From positions 4,896,001-4,960,000 of the forward strand of contig OZ251518.1 of assembly GCA_965242965.1 (NCBI GenBank): a stretch of DNA of 64,000 nucleotides. The letters are read 5' to 3'. Of the stretch, positions 19,554-30,800 are shown one piece after another. The position numbers and the translations under genes are program-made. Each line of letters opens with the position of its first letter. The stretch's first letter is position 1. The notes beneath the pieces are model-generated. The model was not told the DNA's origin. It made no database searches and saw only the letters and a list, made by a program, of their open reading frames with translations. The stretch comes from Candidatus Poribacteria bacterium (lineage in GTDB: Bacteria > Poribacteria > WGA-4E > WGA-3G).

Positions 19554-20153
19554 ATGAATGAAAATAGGATAGCGATCATCAATCGCATCCTCAAAAATGA
19601 GGGGCCCGGATGGCACTCAGAAGGCTCGTATCGCGGGATTATGCCGGGCTCTTATCAGGAGTTTCAGCATGCCACCGGGGAAACGGTCCCGCATCAGGAA
19701 CTTCCATCACACGGTGAAACCGTCATCAAGTTTTACGAATGGTACCTTGAGGCGTATCACACGTGGGAGCTCCCCGAATTCCTACAGTATATCCACGCCG
19801 ACTTTGCGACGAACGCCGGTTCCGCTGCCACACGGATAATCCAGCGGATCGTCGGTGCAACTGTTGATGGGATGTGGGGTCCCCAGACGCGGGCTGCAGT
19901 CGCGCGGTTTTTCTCCGAAAACACGGTTGAGACGCAGGGCGTGGGTTTTGATAACGAGCTGATCGACCGCTACGATGCAGAAAAGCGGCAACATTATCGG
20001 CGGCTCGCGCGGAAAAATCCTGAGAAATATAAGCACTATCTTAGAGGATGGCTCAACCGGTGCGACCGCGTGCGCAAGCAGCTCGCAGCATATTATGAGG
20101 ATGAGATCAGTGCTGCCGGGAAAGCCTATGACGATGAGGATGATGCTTCCTAG
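19554..20153 (+). CDS. GH108-family muramidase with peptidoglycan-binding region
   Basis: ILKNEG...YRGI N-terminus, VDGMWGPQT, YLRGWLNR; AGGAGG RBS; no signal peptide. Confidence 0.8.
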   Translation: MNENRIAIINRILKNEGPGWHSEGSYRGIMPGSYQEFQHATGETVPHQELPSHGETVIKFYEWYLEAYHTWELPEFLQYIHADFATNAGSAATRIIQRIVGATVDGMWGPQTRAAVARFFSENTVETQGVGFDNELIDRYDAEKRQHYRRLARKNPEKYKHYLRGWLNRCDRVRKQLAAYYEDEISAAGKAYDDEDDAS

Positions 20154-20455
20154 TGAATTGTTATTCCTTGTCGGGTTCAGGATGTCACCGCCTTGACAGC
20201 GGCGAACGTCCTGCCACTCGCCATCCTGCCTCACTACAATCGGCTCCTTGGTGTGAGGTGCTATCAACCTTGCATCAGTAATTGTAGCAAGGCGTATCGG
20301 TGGATTTTTCAGTACGTTTTCAGAGGTGCGGCAGATGAGCGTCGCCGAACTGTGCCGGCAACGCAACACGCCGCGATACCCCTCATCTGTCCGGTTTTGG
20401 GACAGCGATGTTCCAACATCACCAGCACACCGCATTTTTGACAGAGGAATGGCAC

Positions 20456-21541
20456 ATGTCAAAAAAAGTGTTCAGAATTTTGTCGATTGATGGCGGCGGT
20501 ATTCGCGGCATCATCCCCGCGATGATTCTCGCCGAAATTGAGGCGCGGACTGGGAGGAGAATTTCCCAATTGTTCAATATGATTGTTGGCACCTCAACCG
20601 GGGGCATTCTTGCCTTGGGGCTTACGATGCCAAGGCAAGGTGAGAATCACAACAACATGCCTCGGTATACGGCGGAGGAGTTAGTGGGGTTCTATCAAAC
20701 CCAAGGTAAACAGATCTTCCGTCGCTCGTTTTTGAGGCGTCTTCCATTGATTGGAAAAGTTGCCAGGTGGATGACAGCAAAATACTCGCCCGAGCACATG
20801 CAGCGCATTTTGACGAATCATTTTCAGGAGACCCGCCTGCAAGAGGCGCTGTGTGAAGTTATTATTCCGAGTTACGAACTCGGCGTTGCACGCCCCTGGT
20901 TTTTCAAAAGTGCCTGTGCCCAGAGCGACGAAACTTACGATTTTCTGATGAGAGATGTAGCTCTTGCGACAGCTGCAGCCCCAACCTATTTTCCGCCGCA
21001 CCAGATGTCTGTCATGGTGGAAAATGAAGAAACCGGAATGGGTGAGGAGCACGCCGGTAGATTCGTTGATGGCGGTGTTTACGCAAACCATCCAGCGATG
21101 TGCGCAGTGGCCGAAATCAAAATGAGATATCCTAGTGCGCAGATTTTGCTTGTCTCGTTAGGCACAGGAGAACGCGCCCTTCGGTACGAGAGAAATCGGC
21201 AACGCTGGGGAGTTTCCTTCTGGCTGAAACACATTTTGGATGTGATTTTTGATGGCGCGAGCGATACAGTGAATTATCAATTGGAGCAGTTCATGCCGTT
21301 TTTCAGCGCGTCCACCGACGACGAGGAAACAGGCTATTATCGCTTTCAATTTCAGTTGTCCGAAGGGCACACCAAGATGGACGATGTCAGCGACGACACG
21401 CTAGACAATCTCCAGGGTTTAGCGAATATCCTCATCAGGGAAGAGGAAAACGGGTTAGCTGAGGATTTGCTGCAGAGACTGACAGCAGACCGCCGTGAAG
21501 AGTTTCAACGTCTGTGTGAATTGTTGGCTGCTGATGCCTAA
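20456..21541 (+). CDS. Patatin-like phospholipase
   Basis: DGGGIRG, GTSTGG (catalytic Ser), AAPTYF, DGGV (catalytic Asp). Confidence 0.92.
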   Translation: MSKKVFRILSIDGGGIRGIIPAMILAEIEARTGRRISQLFNMIVGTSTGGILALGLTMPRQGENHNNMPRYTAEELVGFYQTQGKQIFRRSFLRRLPLIGKVARWMTAKYSPEHMQRILTNHFQETRLQEALCEVIIPSYELGVARPWFFKSACAQSDETYDFLMRDVALATAAAPTYFPPHQMSVMVENEETGMGEEHAGRFVDGGVYANHPAMCAVAEIKMRYPSAQILLVSLGTGERALRYERNRQRWGVSFWLKHILDVIFDGASDTVNYQLEQFMPFFSASTDDEETGYYRFQFQLSEGHTKMDDVSDDTLDNLQGLANILIREEENGLAEDLLQRLTADRREEFQRLCELLAADA

Positions 21542-21981
21542 CCGTGACATAAGCGGTTGGGAACTCCACCGCGCCCGCGGTTAGATTCGCCTGCCACGCC
21601 ACTGGAGCGGCAACGTGAAATACGAGGGCGGATAGCGAGAGCAGTCCTAACAATCCGACGGATGAAAAGTTGGATCGAAATCGCAACCAGGGGGTTGCGC
21701 CTACTGGGAAAGAGCGTCTCTCACGACAGGAGACTCCTCATCCTGGGAATCTTGTAAATCTTGTCCATCCTGATTCAGACAGACGAAAACACGGGCGGGC
21801 ACACGAGCCCGCACACAACCTCCGTAGGCGCGGTTTGAAACCGCGCCTACCGGTTGGAAACCGTAGGGCGAGGGCCTGTCCCTCGCCTTGCATCAAAATC
21901 CGAATGAGGGTGGATGTCCATATCCGCCCTCTTCAGTAGGAGGGACCTCCTGGTCCCGATACACAACAAGGAGAAATCCAA

Positions 21982-23637
21982 ATGAAAAAATTGACGGTTT
22001 TAACTTTGATTCTGGTGTTAACTGCCTTGGCGCAGTTAACCGCGCCGCCCGTGCAAGCAGAGGTCTCTATTCCGGATGCCGAGTTAGCCAATGCCATCCG
22101 TGAAGCCCTTGAACTGCCGGCAGATGCGGCCATCACGGCGGAGGCGATGCGCGAGTTAACGCGGTTTTCTGCAGCCTTCACGGAGATAGCAGATTTCACC
22201 GGGCTGGAGCATGCAGTCAACTTGACGTGGCTGAATCTCGGCAACACCGATGTCTCGGATGTCTCTCTGCTGGCAAGCCTCACAAACTTGACGGAGCTGG
22301 CTTTCTGGCAAACCGCCGTCTCGGATGTCTCGGCACTGGCAAACCTGACAAACTTGAAGACGCTGAATCTCGGCATCACCGCCGTCTCGGATATCTCGCC
22401 GCTGGCAAGTCTCACAAACTTGACGGAGCTGAATCTCAGCAGCACCGCCGTCTCGGATATCTCGCCGCTGGCAAGTCTCACAAACTTGGAGTCGCTGGTT
22501 CTCCAGAACACCGCTGTCTCGGATGTCTCGCCGCTGGCAAGTCTCACAAACTTGGAGTCGCTGGTTCTCAGCTACACCGATGTCTCGGATATCTCGCCGC
22601 TGGCAAGCCTCACAAACTTGACGGGGCTGTTTCTCGGCGGCACCGCCGTCTCGGATGTCTCGCCGCTGGCAAGTCTCACAAACTTGACGGAGCTGAATCT
22701 CAGCAGCACCGCCGTCTCGGATATCTCGCCGCTGGCAAGTCTCACAAACTTGACGTGGCTGAATCTCCGCGACACCGATGTCTCGGATATCTCGCCGCTG
22801 GCAAGTCTCACAAACTTGACGGTGCTGTATCTCATCGACACCGCCGTCTCGGATGTGTCGCCTTTGCTAGGGTTGAGTCTGCCCGGAACAGATTGGGACA
22901 GCACTGGGCTGTACCTTTCGGGCTGCCCGCTAAGTTACGCCTCTCTCTACACGCATATTCCTGCGTTGCAGGCGAAGGGGATAGAGGTGGAATTTGACAA
23001 TGTCGCGGATGTGAATGGGGATGGTGTCGTCAACATTCAGGATTTGGTGCTGATTGCCGGTCAGTTCGGGAAAACGGGTGAGCACGTTGCGGATGTGAAC
23101 GGCGATGGTGTTGTTAACATCCTGGATCTGGTGTGGGTTGCGGGTGCGTTTGGGGAAGGTGCGGCTGCACCGTCGGTGCGTGCGGTTTCGCGGGCGCGTT
23201 TGACGGTATCGGATGTAGAGGGATGGTTGATTGAAGCGCGGGGGTTGATTCGTTCGGGTTCGGGGGATGCATCGAGACCGGGGGGTCTCTCCTACGGGCG
23301 CGGGATTGCAGTGTTGGAGCAGCTGCTCGCCAACCTCATTCCAAAGGAGACTGCACTGCTCTCCAATTATCCGAATCCGTTCAATCCAGAGACGTGGATA
23401 CCGTATCAATTGTCAAAACCTGCTGAGATCACGGTGACGATTTATGCGGCGAACGGTGCGGTGGTTCGGACGTTAGACCTCGGGCATCGGCGTGCAGGGA
23501 GTTATGACAGTCGGCATCGTGCGGCGTATTGGGATGGCCGGAATGCACAGGGAGAACCCGTTGCAAGCGGTGTCTATTTCTATACGTTGACCGCGGGCGA
23601 TTTCTCCGCAACGCGGAAGATGGTCATTCGGAAGTAA
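21982..23637 (+). CDS. Secreted internalin-like LRR protein with dockerin-like repeats and FlgD-Ig C-terminal domain
   Basis: Signal peptide, ten 22-aa LRRs, two DVNGDGVVNI repeats, NYPNPFNPETWIPY...WDGRN...SGVYFY tail. Confidence 0.92.
   Translation: MKKLTVLTLILVLTALAQLTAPPVQAEVSIPDAELANAIREALELPADAAITAEAMRELTRFSAAFTEIADFTGLEHAVNLTWLNLGNTDVSDVSLLASLTNLTELAFWQTAVSDVSALANLTNLKTLNLGITAVSDISPLASLTNLTELNLSSTAVSDISPLASLTNLESLVLQNTAVSDVSPLASLTNLESLVLSYTDVSDISPLASLTNLTGLFLGGTAVSDVSPLASLTNLTELNLSSTAVSDISPLASLTNLTWLNLRDTDVSDISPLASLTNLTVLYLIDTAVSDVSPLLGLSLPGTDWDSTGLYLSGCPLSYASLYTHIPALQAKGIEVEFDNVADVNGDGVVNIQDLVLIAGQFGKTGEHVADVNGDGVVNILDLVWVAGAFGEGAAAPSVRAVSRARLTVSDVEGWLIEARGLIRSGSGDASRPGGLSYGRGIAVLEQLLANLIPKETALLSNYPNPFNPETWIPYQLSKPAEITVTIYAANGAVVRTLDLGHRRAGSYDSRHRAAYWDGRNAQGEPVASGVYFYTLTAGDFSATRKMVIRK
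22204..22863 (+). repeat. Ten 66-bp coding tandem repeats (LRR units)
   Basis: Recurring GTCTCGGAT(A/G)TCTCGCCGCTGGCAAG(T/C)CTCACAAACTTG at a 66-nt period. Confidence 0.92.
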
Positions 23638-23639
23638 AA

Positions 23640-24480
23640 AACCGTCTCCGTTCACCGTAGGGCGAGGGCCTGTCCCTCGCCATGCGCCGGTCTGAGCAAC
23701 AAACGTCCGTGGCCTCTTGGGCTTCGGGCGTTTCTCGTTTCGGCGGAGAGATCGCGGGGGACAGGCCCCCGCGCTACGTTCCAAGCAGCGTTTTTCGTTT
23801 GGATCGAACACTCGCGGGGGCCTGTCCCTCGCGCTACAAAAACAGTGGCGTTTCCGCTCGGGGTTTAAGGTCTGTAAGACCTTAATGTCTATAGCACCGC
23901 GCGACACGATGAACCTAAGGGCCTTTAGGTCCTTAATGTGTAGTTGTGCTGTATGTCTCGTTTCATTAAGGTCCTAACTGACCTTGAAAACGGTGGCATG
24001 TCCGTTTTTCTATAGACATGCAGGTCCTAAAGGACCTGAAGAGGCATCCATTGCAAAAAACGCTAGCGGCGCGGGAGATAATCCTGTAAATCGTGTAAAT
24101 CTTGTGAATCCTGCTTCAGACAACCAAAGGCTCGCGGGGGACAGATAATTTGTCTCATCTCTGTAGGTCAAGATCGCCCGCTCTTGACCTGTTCGGGAGC
24201 AGGCACTCCCGAACTACTTAGGTTCATCCTGCTTCAGCCAATTAGCATCGCGGGGGACAGGCCCCCGCGCTACGAACTACGGACGTTTTTCGTTATGGCA
24301 TTAAAGCATTGAGACCGGGAAGAATCTCCTACCGGGGAGACAGAGGCATCGAGACCAGGAGGTCTCTCCTACCGGGATGTATTGATACCGGGAGGGTGCA
24401 CCTACGCGTCTGGGTAGGCGGGACATCCTTGTCCCGATACGAAACACATCGAGACCGGGAGGTCTCTCCTACAAGAGCAC
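23640..24480. repeat. Mixed REP-like repeat cluster
   Basis: At least five GTAG hairpin families plus ATAG palindromes and ladder repeats between convergent genes. Confidence 0.9.
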
Positions 24481-24527
24481 CGGCAAACAGAAGCGAACAA
24501 CTGAATTGCGATGCAGTAAAACGAGGG

Positions 24528-26582
24528 TTACGCTTCAAGCATTTCCGCGAACGCATCCACTTCCGTTGTCGGAACCTGACACGCATAATTCTCACAGACA
24601 TAAGCCGTCGCGCTCGCATCTATCGTCGTCTTGCCTGCAAGAAGCGGTAACGTGGAACTCGCCGTAGACGCAGCCGCGGCAACGATTTTGTTCGGCAGGT
24701 ATCGTTCGTGCAATGCGGCGAGCATCGCATCCGGTGCCTGCCCGACAATCGCAATCTCCTTCGGCGTGGAAAGCAGGAACGCTAATTCACAGAGCAACTG
24801 CCCGGAACCAGAAGGCATCGCCTCCATCTGATGATAGTAGAGTTTCAGCGTTTCCACCGCTTTGTCGTGGAATTCCGGTTTGTCTAGGTGTTTCGCGAGG
24901 CGGAGGAGGCTGTGAATTGCCATAGATGCCCCAGCCGGTGTGGCACCATCGTAAGCAGATTTGGACTGCACGATAAGTGTCTCGTGCGCTTTGCCGGTGA
25001 AGAAGAAACCGCCGCCGGTTTCATCCCCGAACTGCTCAATCATCAGGTGCGCAAGACGTTCCGCCTCGGCGAGCCAGCGCGGCTCAAAACTAGCCTCGTA
25101 AAGGGCAATGAGGCCGGCGATAAAATAGGCGTAATCCTCAAGGTAGGCGTTGAGATGACTCTTGCCGGCGCGGTGCGTGCGTAACAGGAGTCCATCTTCT
25201 TGTGAGAGCGTCGTCAAGACGAATTCGGCGGAGTTTTCGCACGCCGCGAGGTATTCCGGTTTCCCCGTGAGTTGGTAACCCATCGCCATGCCGCGGAGCA
25301 TGAGCCCATTCCAACTCGTCAAGATTTTGTCGTCAAGCCCCGGTTTAATCCGTTTCTCTCTGGCAGCGAAGAGTTTTTGTCTGCCTTCGGCGAGAAGTGC
25401 CTCCAACTCGTTCAATTCCATCTGCAGTTTTCGGGCAAAAATGTCCGATGGGGTTTGGATGTGGAGGATATTTTCGCCTTCAAAGTTGCCTTGCGGCGTG
25501 ATGTCGTAGAACTCACAGAAGATTTTCGCGTTCTCTTCGCCGAGCAGTTCTTCCACTTCAGACGGTTCCCAGACGAAGAACTTGCCTTCTACGCCTTCAC
25601 TATCGGCATCTTGCGTAGAATAGAAGCCGCCGTTATCTGCGTCATACATCTCCCGCAGCACGTAGTCAAGCGTCTCCGTTGCGATGTCGCGATAGAACGG
25701 CTTCTGCGTCGCTTGGAACGCCTCAAAATAGGCGACAACGAGTTGCGCGTTATCGTAAAGCATTTTCTCGAAATGCGGGACGAGCCAGCGCGCATCGGTG
25801 GAATAACGGTGGAAACCGCCGCCAACCTGGTCATACATACCGCCGCGCGCCATCTTTTCCAGCGTGAGTTCAACCATCTCCAACGCTTGGAGGGTGCCGC
25901 TGTGGTGCCAATAGCGAAGAAGGAACGGCAATCCCATGCTCGGCGGAAACTTCGGCGCGGTGCCGAAACCGCCATCGTGCGAATCAAATTGCGAACAGTA
26001 GTGGTGAAAGGCGTTTTCCATCAACTGCTCGGTGAACTCCTGTCCATGCGGGTCCGCGGCACTACTCACGCGCGCAAGGTGCGCCGTAATCTGGTCTGCT
26101 TGTTGTAGCACCTGTGCATGCTGCTCGCGATACGCTTCCGCGACGGCGTGCATCACCTTCGGGAATCCAGGCCTGCCATACCGGTCTGTCGGTGGGTAAT
26201 AGGTGCCGCCGTAGAAAGGTTTGAGGGCCGGCGTGAGGAAGACAGTCATCGGCCAGCCGCCGGTGCGCGTCATGAATTGGACGGCATTCATGTAGATTTC
26301 GTCTAAATCGGGGCGTTCCTCCCTGTCCACCTTGATGTTAACGAAAAGTTCGTTCATGACAGCGGCGATCTCGTCGTTTTCAAAGGATTCGCGTTCCATG
26401 ACGTGGCACCAATGACAGGCGGAGTAGCCGATGCTCAGCAAGATGGGTTTATTCTCGCGTTTGGCGTGCGCCAATGCCTCTTCGCCCCACGGATACCAGT
26501 CGACAGGATTGTGCGCGTGCTGGAGAAGGTAAGGGCTCGTCTCATAGATGAGTCGGTTAGTGTGCTTCGGGGTATCGTTCAT
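24528..26582 (-). CDS. YyaL/SSP411-like thioredoxin-domain protein (DUF255 + six-hairpin domain)
   Basis: [49 protein letters not shown]; start at MNDTPK. Confidence 0.92.
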   Translation of the reverse strand: MNDTPKHTNRLIYETSPYLLQHAHNPVDWYPWGEEALAHAKRENKPILLSIGYSACHWCHVMERESFENDEIAAVMNELFVNIKVDREERPDLDEIYMNAVQFMTRTGGWPMTVFLTPALKPFYGGTYYPPTDRYGRPGFPKVMHAVAEAYREQHAQVLQQADQITAHLARVSSAADPHGQEFTEQLMENAFHHYCSQFDSHDGGFGTAPKFPPSMGLPFLLRYWHHSGTLQALEMVELTLEKMARGGMYDQVGGGFHRYSTDARWLVPHFEKMLYDNAQLVVAYFEAFQATQKPFYRDIATETLDYVLREMYDADNGGFYSTQDADSEGVEGKFFVWEPSEVEELLGEENAKIFCEFYDITPQGNFEGENILHIQTPSDIFARKLQMELNELEALLAEGRQKLFAAREKRIKPGLDDKILTSWNGLMLRGMAMGYQLTGKPEYLAACENSAEFVLTTLSQEDGLLLRTHRAGKSHLNAYLEDYAYFIAGLIALYEASFEPRWLAEAERLAHLMIEQFGDETGGGFFFTGKAHETLIVQSKSAYDGATPAGASMAIHSLLRLAKHLDKPEFHDKAVETLKLYYHQMEAMPSGSGQLLCELAFLLSTPKEIAIVGQAPDAMLAALHERYLPNKIVAAAASTASSTLPLLAGKTTIDASATAYVCENYACQVPTTEVDAFAEMLEA

Positions 26583-26803
26583 TTGGGTTTTTCTCCAACT
26601 TGTAAGCGCGCTGACGTAGGCGAGACCTCCCGGTCTCGATGAGATAAGGCGGTTTTTCCAACTTGCATGCACGCTGACAACAAGTGCCAGAGTTTTGGAC
26701 AGATTCGGCAGCGTCCTTGACAACTAAAAGCCTGCGATAACTTCATCGCTGCGAAATGACAAGACGCAAGGGAAACGTAATCCTGAAAATCTTGTATGAA
26801 AGA

Positions 26804-26875
26804 TAGCGCTACGGGGATTCGAACCCCGGTTTGGTGGCTGAGAACCACCCGTCCTGACCCCTAGACGATAGCGCC
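26804..26875 (-). tRNA. tRNA-Glu (anticodon CUC), CCA not encoded
   Basis: GGCGCTA/TAGCGCT acceptor stem, GGTGG-TTCTCAG-CCACC anticodon arm, GGTTCGAATCC T arm. Confidence 0.95.
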
Positions 26876-26882
26876 ACAAAAA

Positions 26883-26953
26883 CTGCCCGGGAAGGACTCG
26901 AACCTTCACTACGTGGTCCAGAGCCACGCGTCCTACCATTAGACGACCGGGCA
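26883..26953 (-). tRNA. tRNA-Gln (anticodon CUG), CCA not encoded
   Basis: TGCCCGG/CCGGGCA acceptor stem, CGTGG-CTCTGGA-CCACG anticodon arm, GGTTCGAGTCC T arm. Confidence 0.95.
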
Positions 26954-26970
26954 AATTGCCGTTGATATTA

Positions 26971-26999
26971 ATTATACCTTAATCATTGCCGTTTGTCAA
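26971..26999 (-). promoter_or_regulatory. sigma70 promoter of the tRNA pair
   Basis: Perfect TTGACA-17 nt-TATAAT on the minus strand. Confidence 0.85.
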
Positions 27000-27074
27000 A
27001 TTTTTTTTAATGTTTTTTACCACAATTTTGGAAATTTGTCAATTCTGTGGAGATTTGGGTCTTAAAAAGAGCCT

Positions 27075-27805
27075 TCCCGGTCTCGATGCATCCCCGGTAG
27101 GAGAGACCTCCTGGTCTCGATGTTCCCGTAGGAGAGACCTCCTGGTCTCGATTTTGAGGTATCGGGAAGACATTGACGCATCCGCTGTCATTTGCAAGAG
27201 CGCGGTGACAGGCCCCGCGCTATGGGAAAAAACGGTCCCCTTCACCGTAGGGCGAGGGCCTGTCCCTCGCCATGCACCGATCGCGGGGGACAGGCCCCCG
27301 CGCTACGGTGCGCGAACGTGTTGCGTGATGCTCGCGGGTGAAACCCGCTTGGATGCGCGTGTGGCATCCGAGGAGCCCCGCGCTGCGGTGAAAAAACGCC
27401 GCCCTTTGACGTAGGGCGAGGGCCTGTCCCTCGCCATGCACCGATCGCGGGTGAAACCCTCTCGGATGCGCGTGTGGCATCCGAGGGGCCCCGCGCTACG
27501 GTGAAAAAAACGCCGCCCCTCATCGTAGGGCGAGGGCCTGTCCCTCGCCATGCACCGATCGCGGGGGACAGGCCCCCGCGCTACGGTGCGCGAGCATGTT
27601 GAGTGATGCATAGGGGTGAAACCCGCTTGGATGCGCGTGTGGCATCCGAGGGGCCCCGCGCTGCAGTGAAAAAAACGCCTTCCCTTCACGTAGCGCGAGG
27701 GCCTGTCCCTCGCCATGCAGCGATCGCGGGGGACAGGCCCCCGCGCTACGGTGCGCGAAAGGTGTTGCGCGCAATGGCATCGAGACCAGGAGGTCTCTCC
27801 TACGG
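27075..27805. repeat. BIME/REPIN-like array of paired REP hairpins
   Basis: Repeated GTAGGGCGAGGGCCTGTCCCTCGCC-ATGCACCGAT-CGCGGGGGACAGGCCCCCGCGCTAC doublets and loop-expanded variants. Confidence 0.92.
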
Positions 27806-30800
27806 GGAAGATGCCTCAAACATTAAGCGTTTGAATAGGATGTCTAACACGCAAGCATCCGGGATAACGCTGTTCGTGTTCACATAAACTTTATCCGCAC
27901 CCTCGGTTAGATGATGCTCCTCGATGAAACGGTAATCACGTTCATAATCCAATGAATCCCAACCGGCGGTTTCTCGCCAGATAATGGTAACCTGCTCGTG
28001 GTCGACGATGCCGCGATAGACGAGATAACGTCTGTCACCGTCCGCATAGCAGCACCGGGTTTGGACAGAGATACCTAAAAGATAGTTGAAGGTCTCGGGT
28101 AAATCTACTGCCTGCGTTTGCACGGTTAAGTCGTTGACGATTTTGAGTTGATAACTGAATGGACGCTGAAGCTCCTTTACGTTGAGGAACGTCGGGCTCT
28201 CACGGGTTTCCATGTCGAGCATATAACCGAGCCGAGGTTCGTCAAGGAGCGTCGGCGCGTCGTCCGTTTCGGCGAATTCGATGTTGTTGAGCGCGTCTTC
28301 GTAAGATTCAATGCGCTGGTATTTGATGAGCTGTGAAAGACGACTCTCGCGCGAAACAGGTTTGCCATCTTTCCACTTTTCAGCGTAGATTGCTTTCATG
28401 ACGCGCGGTTTGAGGACGCTCTCAAAGTGGTGTCCCATCTCGACGAGGATGTATTTGCGCTTGCCGCCATCTTGACGGTTAAGGTTGATGGTGGCATGGG
28501 CAGTGGTGCCGGAACCACCAAAGTAGTCTAGGACAACGTCATCTTTTCCAAGTGAACACACGCGGAGGCAATCTTCAAGGAGATAGATGGACTTGGGAAA
28601 TGGGAAGGCAAGCGAATCACCTAACATGTTTGTTAAAAAAACAGTCCCATAGTTTGCCGATGAGTATTTAGCCCCACCTTCGTCGTCATTCTCATTATCC
28701 GAATCATCGTCGGCGGAGTATTCCTTCTTACCCCACCACGTATTCGGCAATATTCCTTCTTCGTTTGGATAATCTTTCACGCGAATCGCAATGGTGCCAT
28801 TTCGAGTGGTTGTAGCGGAGAGTTCTGACAGCATGCCGACTAGGGTTTCGACCCCGTATTTCCATGTCATTTCTTCGCCATCTTTAGGTCTAATTGGATA
28901 GACTGCTGTTTCGCCGGGGAGTGGGGATTCTCTCAGCATCCATTGCCGGGATATGTTATCCCATTCCATGTCGGGAATTCTGACGGTATTATCCTTGACA
29001 AATAGAGGGTAGAACAAACGCGGACGTGCGCCGCGAAGCGCGTTAGGTCCGCCGCCACCTCTAATTGATTTCCACTTGAAACTGCGCCCTTGTTCATCAC
29101 GCTGATTGAAATCCGCAAGTTGCTTTTTAGTCCGTTCAAGACGACCAATTTTGGTGCCTTGGACTACACTGAAAAACATCGCGTACTCGTGGGCTGGAGC
29201 AAAACCTGTTGGCCTTTGACGACCCGCCGGATTGGAACAGACAGTTACAATTCCTAGTTCGTTTTCTTTTCCGAACAGTTGTTGTAAGAGCATCCCAAGG
29301 TTTTTTGCCTCCACGTCATCAATGGCAGCGCAGAAGATGCCGTTGTCTGCCAACAACTCGCGGGAAACGGAAATTCGGTCCGCCATCAACGACATCCACG
29401 ACGAATCCTTATAGTTATTTTTATAGAGGATTGCCGAAGCGTCCGTGTTGTAAGGCGGATCGATGTAGATGGCTTTGAGGGATTCACGGTATCTCGCCGT
29501 GAGGAGGTTTAACGCCTGGAAGTTCTCGCCGTGGATGAGAACGCCATCGGTTTCGGCATCCAGATTGGGCATCCGCGACAAGAGCCGATCTTTGAAGTCC
29601 CTGTCAAAGTGGACGGTATCCAAGACGAGATTCGGGTGTTGTTTGAGGAAATCGACGGTTAGCGGTTCGGAATAGTCTTCGCCGATGAGGTTGCCGTTGA
29701 TTTCGTGGATGCTGAAGAGGGATTGCCACGCTTCGCGTTGCGCGGTATTCTCGGCGATTTCGGGGTAAAATGCCTCTGGCACGCGGTCGAGTGTCATGCA
29801 ATAGTGCGTGGCGAGGACGAACTTCTTTTTGAGCCAGAGGCGTTTCTGGAACTCTTCGATGTGCGCGAGGAAGTTGATGATGTCGGTGGCGATGGCGTGA
29901 ACGGTGCGTGCGGTTTCAAGCATTGAGACCGGGAGGTCTCTCCTACCAGGGGGAGTCGAGACCGGGAGGTCTCTCCTACTGGCAGATGTCGAGACCGGGA
30001 GGTCTCTCCTACTGGGGACATCGCTCTCGACCCCCCCCTTCGCTTACCGTATATTTAGTATTTTCGGCGATGAGGGTGCTGAGCTGCACGACTTCGTTTT
30101 TGAGGTAAAAGTCAAGTTCGCGGGTGAGGAAGCCGCCCAAGTCTTTGTGGATAAAGAAGTCGGCGGTGTTGCCGCGGGTATAGGCGCGCAGGTGCTTTTT
30201 GAGCGTTGTCACGTCGCCGATGCGGTGATTCAACGCGGCTGCGGCGTTGGAAGAAGTTTTGCTAACGCGGGCAATGATGTCTGTCTCGGCAGCGTTGATA
30301 ATTTTATCCTGCTGCTTTGTGCCGGTGTAACGCTGCTTCTCGGCATCGGTGAGGGGCCGGAATTCAAACGGTATGCGGATTTCAGCATCGGTGCAGGCAA
30401 CTTCGTCGGCGATGGGGATGAAGAAGCGTTTGGTGCCTTGGACGTTATCTTTTTCAACGTCGATATCGCGCAGCGCGAAGGTGATGGACATCCCTTGCGA
30501 GGTGAATTGATACGCGGCGAAGTGTTCGCCGCTTTTGACATAATACTGTTCGCGGTTTGCCCAGTGGAGGTAAATTTCTTCGCCGTTATATGGGATGGCG
30601 TATCGTTCGGTTTGCGCGTATCGCCGGCGTGGGATGAAGTCGCAGGTTTCGTAATAGCGCGAGAAAAAGGTGTAGAGATGGTTGAAGATTGCTTCTTCTC
30701 GTTGTGCGCGGGAGCGCGGGGAGCCGTGTTGTGCTTTTGCGGCGAGATAGTCCTGCACCAACGGGGTCTCGCGGAATTTCTCGTTGATGAGATTTCCATC

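Noticed and set aside
19554-20153. GH108 as a prophage endolysin
   Set aside because: No holin, structural, terminase or integrase genes in the window.
20456-21541. Patatin as part of a CBASS system
   Set aside because: No CD-NTase or Cap2/Cap3 genes adjacent.
19439-21586. attC-like hairpins starting at stop codons (TCTTAAC...GTTGAGA at 19440-19500; GCCTAAC...GTTAGAT at 21536-21586)
   Set aside because: No recognisable L boxes, the second is only 51 bp, there is none after the muramidase gene and no integron integrase is in the window. An IntegronFinder run would settle it.
22204-22863. Diversity-generating retroelement acting on the LRR gene
   Set aside because: Variation is not adenine-specific, and no template repeat or reverse transcriptase is present.
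26804-27800. tRNA-anchored genomic island containing mod
   Set aside because: mod lies upstream of the tRNA promoter, not at a tRNA 3' end; no duplicated tRNA end or integrase was seen.
27075-27805. Regularly spaced palindromic repeats resembling a CRISPR array (also 15630-15945, 50340-50580, 55200-55720)
   Set aside because: Repeats alternate in orientation, the spacers are themselves repeated, the units are dispersed across the window and no cas genes are present; this is REP/BIME-like.
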